From Gemmata obscuriglobus (GTDB taxonomy: Bacteria > Planctomycetota > Planctomycetia > Gemmatales > Gemmataceae), in NCBI RefSeq assembly GCF_008065095.1, contig NZ_CP042911.1:5400001-5432000 (forward strand): a DNA stretch of 32,000 nucleotides. The letters run 5' to 3'. The position numbers and the translations under genes are program-made. Shown piece after piece: positions 7,101 through 14,222 of this stretch. Positions within the stretch are counted from its first letter, which is position 1. Each line of letters starts with the position of its first letter. The notes below the pieces were generated by a model. It searched no databases. It saw only the letters and a list, made by a program, of their open reading frames with translations, and was not told the origin of the DNA.

Positions 7101-8777
7101 GTCACCGGGAGTATCGCTACCAGTTCGGGCGTGCAAGTGAGTAACGGGGCCACATTAGGCGGGACCGGTACGGTTCCGGCGGTGACGGCGCTGTCCGGCG
7201 CGACGTTGGCCCCGGGCACGTCCCCAGGCGTGATCAACACCGGCGCCCTGATCCTTCCGACCGGGGCCACGTTCAGCCCCGAGATCAACGGCGCAACGGT
7301 CGGCTCAGGGTACGACCAGGCGGCCGTTACCGGCACGGTGGACGTGACCGGCGCGACCCTGGCCGTAACGCTCGGGTTTACGCCTGTCGCAGGCACCAGT
7401 TTCACCCTCATCGCCAACGACGGCGCCGACGCGGTGACCGGCACCTTCAACGGGCTGGCCGAGGGCGCGACCTTCACCAGCGGCGGCGTGACCTTCACGA
7501 TCAGCTACGTCGGCGGTACCGGGAACGACGTGGTCATCTCGACCGCACCTCCGACGCTGTCCATCAGCAACGTGACGGCCGCCGAGGGGAACACGGGCGG
7601 GACGCCGTTCACCTTCACGGTCACGCTGTCGGTCCCCAGCAGCCAGACCGTGACCGTCAACTACGCGACCGCCCCCGGCACCGCGACCGACGATTTCGTG
7701 AGCATTTCGGGCACGCTCACGTTCGCCCCGGGCGAGACCTCGAAGACCGTCACCGTCACCGTCATCGGCGACACGGTGATCGAGCCCGACGAGACGTTCA
7801 CGGTGGTCCTGTCGAACCCCATCAACGCGACGATCGCGACCGGCACCGGCACCGGCACCATCACCAACGACGACAGAACCAGTCCGGCGGTGGTCAGCAT
7901 CGGCACGCCCGGCACGCCCGGCACGGTGCGGCCGATCGACCCGACGACCGGCGCGCCCGGGACGCCGATCACCGCGTTCGCCGGGTTCGGCGGGGAAATC
8001 CGGGTGGCGGCCGGGGACGTGAACGGCGACGGCCTGGCGGACACGGTCACCGGGGCGGGCGCGGGCGCCGCGGGCGGGCACGTGAAGGTGTTCGCCGCCG
8101 ACGGCACCCTGCTGTACAGCTTCCTGGCGTTCACCGGGTTCTCGGGCGGGGTGTTCGTGTCGACGGGTGACGTGAACGGTGACGGGTTCGAAGACATCGT
8201 CGTCGCCGCGGATGCCGGGGCGGCCCCGCACGTGAAGGTGTTCAGCGGCAAGGACGGGGCCCTGCTCCAGAGCTTCCTCGCCTACGACGCCGGGTTCCGG
8301 GGCGGGGTGCGGGTCTCGACCGGCGACGTGAACGGGGACGGGTTCGACGACATCATCACCGGCTCGGGCCCCGGGTCCACACCACACGTGAAAGTGCTCA
8401 GCGGCAACGATGGGGTCCTGCTCCGGAGCTTCCTCGCATACGATGCCGGGTTCCGGGGCGGGGTGTACGTGGCGTCCGGAGACGTGAACGGTGATGGCCG
8501 CGATGACATCGTCACCGGCACCGGCCCGGGCACCCGGGCGCACGTGAAGGTGTTCAGCGCGTCGGACGGGTCGCTGCTTCAGAGCTTCTTCGCCTACGAC
8601 GCCGGGTTCCGTGGCGGGGTCCGCGTGGGCACCACAGTCGTAAACGGTCAGACGGCGGTGCTCACCGGTGCCGGCCCCGGCGCCGGACCGCACGTCAAGG
8701 TGTTCGTGAACGGCTTGGAAGTGAGCAGCCTGTTCGCCGGCAGCGCCAGCTTTACCGGCGGCGTTTACGTCGGCTGA
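4182..8777 (+). CDS. Giant secreted cell-surface repeat protein: autotransporter-associated beta-strand (PATR-type) repeats, a Calx-beta domain and FG-GAP/VCBS-like repeats
   Basis: 1531-aa ORF with GAGG upstream of ATG 4182 and an N-terminal RLALLEDRTVPA motif. About 950 aa are repeats of the form G.GTLTLSGANTYTG.TTVS.GTL. The Calx-beta signature (VNYATAPGTATDDFVSISGTLTFAPGETSKTVTVTVIGDTVIEPDETFTVVLSNP) falls at about 7551-7875. Five or six repeats of GDVNGDG..D...G.G.G..PHVKVFS..DG.LL.SF span about 7990-8777. Confidence 0.9.
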   Translation: MALLSALLRRPQSLRSSPARARALLRLALLEDRTVPATFTWTGAVDTNWNTSGNWNDGAANTTVPSSPTDVLVFDSTAGANLTSNNDIAALTVSEIQITNPGYTITGTQPVTVTTAVTDTTATGSSAVSLDIAGAATLTKSGGSTLILSGTNTFTGATTVSGGELQLAGGAALGDATAVTVGAGAALTLVASETIGSLAGAGNLMLATFILTTGANNSSTAFSGVISDLGDLIKAGSGTFTLSGANTYAGTTAVSGGTLSVTGDGNLGTGAVILATGTTLAVTGATTIDNDIALAGAATVDTSVAVTASGILSGSAGLTKFGAGTLTLTNTNNEAAFSGTITAASGTLAVANDNALGSGALTFSGGSFTITGTTTVDNDIVLNAPTTPIDVGTGLTVTLSGVISETGGARAIDKSGAGTLVLTGTNTYTGNTNLNGGTVSVAGDSNLGAGTINFNQSTPTLVITGAGTIDNAILLGVPGTVDTPVAVTLSGVISGASTFTKSSTGTLTLSGANTYTGTTTVSAGTLSVAGDGNLGTGAVTLAAGSTLAVTGATTIDNDIALTGAATVDTSAAVTASGVISGTGGLTKAGTGTLTLTGTNTFTGATTVSGGTLSVSGGAALDDGSAVSVSGGAILALGANETVGSLAGAGNLTLSAFTLTAGGDNTSTTFSGVASGTGGLAKAGTGTLTLSGANTYTGATTVSSGTLTLAGNSAIADTAPVTVSAGATLALSADEGIGSLAGAGNVTLGVNFLTAGGDNTSTTFSGVISGTGALTKDGTGTLTLSGANTYTGTTTVSAGTLSVAADANLGVGTVTLAAGTTLAVTGATTIDNAVALSGAATVDTSAAVTLSGVISGANGLTKVGTGTLTLSGANTYTGTTTVSAGTLSVAGDGNLGTGAVTLAAGSTLAVTGATTIDNDIALTGAATVDTSAAVTASGVISGTGGLTKAGTGTLTLTGTNTFTGSTVVSAGTTLVTGSIATSSGVQVSNGATLGGTGTVPAVTALSGATLAPGTSPGVINTGALILPTGATFSPEINGATVGSGYDQAAVTGTVDVTGATLAVTLGFTPVAGTSFTLIANDGADAVTGTFNGLAEGATFTSGGVTFTISYVGGTGNDVVISTAPPTLSISNVTAAEGNTGGTPFTFTVTLSVPSSQTVTVNYATAPGTATDDFVSISGTLTFAPGETSKTVTVTVIGDTVIEPDETFTVVLSNPINATIATGTGTGTITNDDRTSPAVVSIGTPGTPGTVRPIDPTTGAPGTPITAFAGFGGEIRVAAGDVNGDGLADTVTGAGAGAAGGHVKVFAADGTLLYSFLAFTGFSGGVFVSTGDVNGDGFEDIVVAADAGAAPHVKVFSGKDGALLQSFLAYDAGFRGGVRVSTGDVNGDGFDDIITGSGPGSTPHVKVLSGNDGVLLRSFLAYDAGFRGGVYVASGDVNGDGRDDIVTGTGPGTRAHVKVFSASDGSLLQSFFAYDAGFRGGVRVGTTVVNGQTAVLTGAGPGAGPHVKVFVNGLEVSSLFAGSASFTGGVYVG
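5691..5990 (+). repeat. Intragenic direct repeat, copy A (partner is 6771-7070)
   Basis: My base-by-base comparison gives 7 mismatches in 300 bp, including a 185-bp block (5772-5956) identical to 6852-7036. The offset is exactly 1080 bp (360 codons). Confidence 0.95.
6771..7070 (+). repeat. Intragenic direct repeat, copy B (partner is 5691-5990)
   Basis: See copy A. Each copy encodes the same ~100-aa segment (LTLSGANTYTGTTTVSAGTLSVAGDGNLGTGAVTLAAGSTLAVTGATTIDNDIALTGAATVDTSAAVTASGVISGTGGLTKAGTGTLTLTGTNTFTG). More diverged copies start near 4900 and 6520. Confidence 0.95.
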
Positions 8778-8807
8778 TCGGTCATGGGTGCCGACCCAAG
8801 CTCCGAT

Positions 8808-8862
8808 ATGCCAGTGAGCCCGCGCGACGAGCGTTTTACTCGTCGCGCGGGCTCACTGGCAT
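8808..8862. terminator. Bidirectional terminator hairpin between convergent genes
   Basis: ATGCCAGTGAGCCCGCGCGACGAG-CGTTTTA-CTCGTCGCGCGGGCTCACTGGCAT is a 24-bp perfect stem with a 7-nt loop. It lies between the stop at 8777 (+) and the stop at 8886 (-). Confidence 0.8.
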
Positions 8863-8885
8863 TCGCTTCGACCGGTCGGCCGCGG

Positions 8886-11800
8886 TCAGGGCTGCTTCTG
8901 CACGCTGCCGGCCGGCGCCGGGGCGTCTGGCTCGGGCACCACTGGTTCGACCGGTGGTGCCGCCGGAGCGTCGGGCGGGGTCCGGTGCTCGTGCGGCGCG
9001 CCCTCGGGCGGCCCGGGCGGGACCTCGGCGACCGGCTCCGTCGCCTTCTGGTGGCTGTGGTGACCGGCCGCGACCGCCAGCTCTTCGCCCGGCGGCTTCG
9101 GCGGTCCGTTCATCAGCTCGATGAACCCTTGGATCGCCACGTAAAAGACCGGCACGAAGAACACCGCCAGCACCGTCGAGGTGATCATCCCACCGAACAC
9201 CGCGGTGCCCAGCGACTGCCGGCTCGCCGCCCCGGCACCCGTCGCAAACACCAGCGGCACCACGCCGAGAATGAACGCGAAGCTGGTCATGATGATGGGC
9301 CGGAACCGCATCCTAGCGGCGTCCAGTGCCGCCTGCCGGACACTTCGGCCCGCCAGACGCAGTTCCCGTGCGAACTCCACAATCAGAATCGCGTTTTTCG
9401 ACGCTAGCGCGATGATGAGCACCACGCCGATCTGCGTGTAGATGTTGTTGTCCATCGACGCGATCGACGGGTACTTGTCGTGCAGCCACGCCTTCGTGTT
9501 AACGGCCGCGACCACCCCCAGCAACCCGAGCGGCACCACCAGGATCACCGCGAACGGCAGCAGCCAGCTCTCGTACAGGGCCGCGAGCACCAGATACACC
9601 ATCAGCACCGCGAGACCGAACACGATGAACGACTCGGTGATGGGCTTGCCGAGCAGGTCGAACGCCGACCCGCTCGACCGCTTCTCCTGGTACGAGAGCG
9701 CCGTCCACTCGAAGCCCATCGTCGGCGGCAGCTCCTTGTTCGCCACCTCTTCCATCGCGGCGATCGCCTCGCCGGAGCTGATGCCCTCTTTCGCCCGGCC
9801 CGGGATCTGGGCCGTGGGGTACAGGTTGTAGCGGATGATCGACTGCGGCCCGATCACCACGTCCGCGGCGAGCAGCGTGCCGAGCGGCACCCGCGGGCGC
9901 GGGCCGGTCCGCGCCGAGCCGTCCGGGTTCACGCCGCCCTCGCGCCCGGGCACCTCCAGGCGCTTGATGATGTCCGTGTCGCCGCGGAACCGGGCGTCCG
10001 CCTGGATGCGCACCTGGTAGGTGCGGCCGAACTTGTTGAAGTCGTTGACGTACACGGACCCGAGGTTCGCCTGGAGCGTGCTGAACACGTCGTCCACCTT
10101 CACGCCCATCTTTTCCGCCTTCTCGCGGTCGATGTCGAGGTAGATCTGCGGCACGCCCGCGCGGAACGTGCTGCGGGTCTGGCGGCCCTCAATCTCCGGC
10201 CGCTGAGCCGCTGCCGCCGCAACCGCATTGGCCCGCTCCTGCAGCACGTCGGTCCCGACGCCCTCGCGGTCCTCGATCTGGATCTGGAACCCGCCCACGA
10301 ACCCGAGCCCCTGGATCGAGGGCGGCACCAGCACCAGAATCATCGCGTCGCGGTACGCGCCGAACTCGCGCTGGAGCCGGGCCACCAGCGCCTCCTGGCT
10401 GAGCGACGGGTCCTTACGGTACTTCCAGTCCTTCCAGGCCGCGAACGCGGTCGCGCTGTTGGGCGCCGCGGTGCCGTCGAGCAGCGAGAACCCGCCCAGC
10501 ACGAACCAGTTCTCCACCCCGGGCGTGTTCCGCAGGGCGGTGTTCATCCGGTCCGTCACCTCGCGGGTGCGGTCGATACTGGCCGCGTCCGGCAACTGTA
10601 CCGCGATGACGATGTACCCCTGGTCCTCGTCCGGCAAGAACCCTTGCGGGGTCTGCTGATACCACACGCCGGTGCCCACCGCCAGCGCCAGGAACCCCAG
10701 CAGAGTCACCGGCCACGCGCGGAGCAGCCACTTCACGCTCCACGCGTACGCGCCCTCGACCGGCCCGTACACCGCGTCGAAGGCGCGCGAGAACAGCCCC
10801 TTCTTCTTCACCGGCTTGAGCCACACGGCGCACTGTGCGGGCTTCAGCGTGAGGGCGTTCACCGCGCTGATGATTGCGGTGGCCGCGATGGTGAGCGCGA
10901 ACTGCTTGTAGAGCTGTCCGGTGATGCCCCCCAGGAACGCGGTCGGCAGGAACACCGCGATCAGCACGAAGGTGATCGAGATGATCGGCCCGGTCACCTC
11001 GCTCATCGCCTGGATCGTCGCCGCCCGCGGCGTCATCCCCTTCTCGATGTGGTGGCTCGCGTTCTCCACGATCACGATCGCGTCGTCCACCACGATGCCG
11101 ATGGCGAGGATCAGCCCGAACAGCGTGAGCAGGTTCACCGAGAACCCGAGGAACGGCATGAACGCGAACGCGCCGATGATGGTGATGGGCACGGTGGTCG
11201 CGGGGACGAACAGCGCGCGCCAGCTCTGGAGGAACACCAGGATCACCACCAGCACCAGCACCCCGGCCTCGAACAGTGTGGTGTACACCTCGTCGATAGC
11301 GGCCTCGACGAACTTGGTGGTGTCGAACGGGATGCTGTACTCCACCCCGGGCGGGAGCGTCGGCTTCACTTTCTCCATCGCCGCCCGTATGCCCTTGGCC
11401 ACGTTCAGTGCGTTGGAGCCGGGGAGTTGGTAGATCAAGATGTTGGCCGCCGGAAACGCGCTGCGGGACGCGAACGAGTCGTAGGACTGGCCCCCCAGCT
11501 CGACGTCCGCGATCTCGCGCAGGTACACGATCTGCCCGGCCGCGCCGGACTTCACGATGATGTTCTTGAACTGCTCCGGATCCTGCAGCCGGCCGAGCGT
11601 GGTCACCGTATACTGGAACCGCTGCCCGGACGGGTTCGGCGGCTGCCCCACCTGACCCGCCGCGACCTGCACGTTCTGGCGCTGGAGCGCGGCCAGCACG
11701 TCCTCGGTCGTGAGCTGCCGGGCGGCGAGCTTGTCCGGGTTCAGCCACACCCGCATCGAGTAAGCGCCCACCCCGCGCACCAGCACGTCCCCGACGCCGG

Positions 11801-12644
11801 GCACGCGGCTCAGCTCGTCGCGCAGCTTGAGGGTCGCGTAGTTCGAGAGGAACAGCCCGTCGTAGGGGTCCGGGAGGGTGTCCACGCGGGCCGCGTCCGT
11901 CAGCGGCACCGGCGGGCGGCCCGGAGGGCGGACGGTCAGCGCGCGAAGCTTGTCCGCGCCTGCGGGGCCGTCGTTGGCGAAGTCGTCTGCAACGGCGATG
12001 CGGTAGTACAGCGGGAAGTCGGTTGCGGGTGCGGTGCCGGTCGCCCCGGCCGCGATCACCCCGGCCGCGATCTCGGTAACGTGCGACAGATGCGGTTCGA
12101 CCTGTGCCCCGGCGGCGCGGACCGCCTCGAACACGTGCTCGGGGGCCGCGCCGGTGGCCTTCAGGGAGTTCGGGTCGAGCGTCAGATCGTACCGATCCTT
12201 CGGCGGCGGCGCGGTCAGCGAAATCGCCAGGATAATCGCCGACGACTGCTTGCGCACCTGGAGGCCCTGGCGGCGGACCTCCTCCGGCAGCCGCGGCTCG
12301 GCGATGCTGAGCCGGTTCTGCACGAGCACCTGGGCGGCGTCCAGGTTGGTGCCGATCTCGAACGTGATGGTCAGGGAGTACGAGCCGTCGGCCGAGGACG
12401 TGGAGGACATGTACATCATGTTCTCGACGCCGTTCACTTCCTGCTCGATCGGGGCGGCGACCGTCTCGGTCACCACCTTGGCGTTGGCCCCGGGGTACAG
12501 CCCGCTCACCACCACCGTGGGCGGGGTGATCGGTGGGTAGCGCTCGACCGGGAGCCGGTACAGCGCCACCGCGCCGAACAGGAGCGTGATGACCGCCAGC
12601 ACGTTCGCAAAAATCGGCCGGTCGATGAAGAAGTTCGAAATCAT
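8886..12644 (-). CDS. RND efflux transporter permease (HAE1/AcrB-like) with a large periplasmic insertion and a Pro/His-rich C-terminal tail
   Basis: The N-terminus MISNFFIDRPIFANVLAVITLL is canonical for AcrB-type proteins, and I use this ATG (12644) rather than the track start at 12731. The TM4 motif AIGIVVDDAIVIVEN is present. The protein is 1252 aa, against about 1050 for typical HAE1 pumps. Confidence 0.95.
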   Translation of the reverse strand: MISNFFIDRPIFANVLAVITLLFGAVALYRLPVERYPPITPPTVVVSGLYPGANAKVVTETVAAPIEQEVNGVENMMYMSSTSSADGSYSLTITFEIGTNLDAAQVLVQNRLSIAEPRLPEEVRRQGLQVRKQSSAIILAISLTAPPPKDRYDLTLDPNSLKATGAAPEHVFEAVRAAGAQVEPHLSHVTEIAAGVIAAGATGTAPATDFPLYYRIAVADDFANDGPAGADKLRALTVRPPGRPPVPLTDAARVDTLPDPYDGLFLSNYATLKLRDELSRVPGVGDVLVRGVGAYSMRVWLNPDKLAARQLTTEDVLAALQRQNVQVAAGQVGQPPNPSGQRFQYTVTTLGRLQDPEQFKNIIVKSGAAGQIVYLREIADVELGGQSYDSFASRSAFPAANILIYQLPGSNALNVAKGIRAAMEKVKPTLPPGVEYSIPFDTTKFVEAAIDEVYTTLFEAGVLVLVVILVFLQSWRALFVPATTVPITIIGAFAFMPFLGFSVNLLTLFGLILAIGIVVDDAIVIVENASHHIEKGMTPRAATIQAMSEVTGPIISITFVLIAVFLPTAFLGGITGQLYKQFALTIAATAIISAVNALTLKPAQCAVWLKPVKKKGLFSRAFDAVYGPVEGAYAWSVKWLLRAWPVTLLGFLALAVGTGVWYQQTPQGFLPDEDQGYIVIAVQLPDAASIDRTREVTDRMNTALRNTPGVENWFVLGGFSLLDGTAAPNSATAFAAWKDWKYRKDPSLSQEALVARLQREFGAYRDAMILVLVPPSIQGLGFVGGFQIQIEDREGVGTDVLQERANAVAAAAAQRPEIEGRQTRSTFRAGVPQIYLDIDREKAEKMGVKVDDVFSTLQANLGSVYVNDFNKFGRTYQVRIQADARFRGDTDIIKRLEVPGREGGVNPDGSARTGPRPRVPLGTLLAADVVIGPQSIIRYNLYPTAQIPGRAKEGISSGEAIAAMEEVANKELPPTMGFEWTALSYQEKRSSGSAFDLLGKPITESFIVFGLAVLMVYLVLAALYESWLLPFAVILVVPLGLLGVVAAVNTKAWLHDKYPSIASMDNNIYTQIGVVLIIALASKNAILIVEFARELRLAGRSVRQAALDAARMRFRPIIMTSFAFILGVVPLVFATGAGAASRQSLGTAVFGGMITSTVLAVFFVPVFYVAIQGFIELMNGPPKPPGEELAVAAGHHSHQKATEPVAEVPPGPPEGAPHEHRTPPDAPAAPPVEPVVPEPDAPAPAGSVQKQP

Positions 12645-12744
12645 GCGGCGGGTGTGTGTATTGGGAGGGGCGAGACGAGGAGCACGTGTTGATCCGCGGC
12701 GGCCAGGAGTGAGCGCGGCTGCCCGGATCAACAGGCTGCGGAGG

Positions 12745-14055
12745 TTATTTCTTGGGCTCGGCGGGCGGGATCAGGTTCCACTCCTCCGGCGCCACCGGGG
12801 CGCCGGGGCGGGCCTGCTGGAGGCCGTCGAGGATAACACGGTCCTGTGGGAAGAGCCCGGCGGTGATCGCCACGATCGACTTGATCGGGCGGCGGCTCGG
12901 GGCGGGCGGCTGGCCCTCCGCGGGCGGCGCCGGGGTCGGGTTGACCGCGATCCAACTGGGCGGCGCCTTGCCGGGCTCGGGCGGCGGCGCTTTCCACACC
13001 GGCGCCCCCACGGTGACGATTCGCTTCTCGACCGCGTTGTTGGCGGCCACCACGAACAGGAACCGCCCCTCCTGGCCGCTCAGCAGGCAATCTTCGGGGA
13101 TTACGGTTTGCTGCGTGTAGTCGGATTTTGGCACGCGCACCCGGGCGTACATGCCGGGGTAGAGGAGCCGGACGTTGTTGGCCAGCAGGGGGTTGTCGAG
13201 CGTCCCGCGCACGTGAATCGTGCCGGTCGCCGTTTCGACGCGGTTGTCCCGGAAGTCGAGGGTGCCGCGGTGCGGAAAGTCGCGCTCGTCGCCGACGCCG
13301 ATTTCGATGTCGGCCACATCCCCGGACGGGTGCGCCCGGATCCGCGCCTTTTGGGCCGCAAAGTAGTCCGCCTCCGGGGCGTCGAACTCGACGTACAACT
13401 TGTCCACGCGAACGATCGTGGCCATGAGCGTCGTGTCGGCCTGGATCAGGTTCCCGCGGTGGACGTGCGTGCGGCCGATGCGACCCGGGATCCGCGCCTT
13501 AATGTCCGTGTAGCTCAGGATCAGATTCGCGGAGTGCAGAGCTTCCTTCGCGGCGTCGCGGTTCGCTTCGGCCGCCTTTAACTCGGCGACCCGAACCCCG
13601 AGCGTTGCCTTAGCGAGATCGAGGTCCGCTTTCGAGGCGGACGCGACCTTGATGAGCCCGCTGACCCGCTCCAGGTCGGCTTTCGACTGCTCGATCTGGG
13701 CTTCCCACGTTTTGATCTCGGCGTCGGCCTTGAGCAGCTCCGCCTCCGCCTTCCGCACCGCCGTGTTGTACTCGCGCTTGTCGATCGTATAGAGTGGCGC
13801 GTCCTCGGCGACCTCGGTCCCTTCCTTGAACAGCACCTCGGTGAGGAACCCGCGGATCTTCGAGCGCACCTCGACCGATTCGGTGGTGTTCAGGTACCCG
13901 TTGTACACCCAGTAGTCGCGCACGGGCGTTGTGGCGGGTCGGACGACGGTCACGCGGGGGGGAGGGGGGGCGGGAGGGGCGGGCTTCTGCGCGCGGCACC
14001 CGGCCAGGGCACTAACGGCCGCGACCAGGAAAGTGCCCAGCCAGATTCGGGGCAT
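12745..14055 (-). CDS. RND efflux periplasmic adaptor (membrane fusion protein, AcrA/HlyD-like lipoprotein)
   Basis: Start at ATG 14055 gives the lipoprotein signal MPRIWLGTFLVAAVSALAGC. Lipoyl, coiled-coil hairpin and beta-barrel type sequence follows (VEVRSKIRGFLTEV...YTDIKARIPGRIG...). The 126 codons upstream in the track ORF are Arg/Pro-rich and do not look like coding sequence. Confidence 0.9.
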   Translation of the reverse strand: MPRIWLGTFLVAAVSALAGCRAQKPAPPAPPPPRVTVVRPATTPVRDYWVYNGYLNTTESVEVRSKIRGFLTEVLFKEGTEVAEDAPLYTIDKREYNTAVRKAEAELLKADAEIKTWEAQIEQSKADLERVSGLIKVASASKADLDLAKATLGVRVAELKAAEANRDAAKEALHSANLILSYTDIKARIPGRIGRTHVHRGNLIQADTTLMATIVRVDKLYVEFDAPEADYFAAQKARIRAHPSGDVADIEIGVGDERDFPHRGTLDFRDNRVETATGTIHVRGTLDNPLLANNVRLLYPGMYARVRVPKSDYTQQTVIPEDCLLSGQEGRFLFVVAANNAVEKRIVTVGAPVWKAPPPEPGKAPPSWIAVNPTPAPPAEGQPPAPSRRPIKSIVAITAGLFPQDRVILDGLQQARPGAPVAPEEWNLIPPAEPKK

Positions 14056-14222
14056 CGCGACGTTCCTTGCGAGGTTGAACGGGGTGCAATAGTGCAAGCG
14101 GCGCGCCGGCCCGCGCACCGTTTTACCTGTATTACTGGCGCCGACGCCGCCCCTTACGGATGGAGAAAAGTGTTGGGCATTAGTCCGCTGGACTATGCTT
14201 GCACGAAGTGTTTGGGGGCGGT

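Noticed and set aside
4487-7498. Very long minus-strand ORFs (1003 aa and 836 aa), plus the plus-strand out-of-frame ORF 4301..5125, overlapping the giant repeat-protein gene
   Set aside because: Their translations are low-complexity (Val/Pro/Ala/Arg runs) and mirror the Gly/Thr/Ala repeat codons of the plus-strand gene. Stop-free shadow frames are expected at this GC content. The 4182..8777 frame has recognisable domains.
9480-12692. 1070-aa plus-strand ORF, and several shorter ones, overlapping the RND permease gene
   Set aside because: The product is Arg/His/Asp/Gly-rich with no motifs and lies exactly antisense to a gene with canonical AcrB-family sequence. It is a GC-driven shadow ORF.
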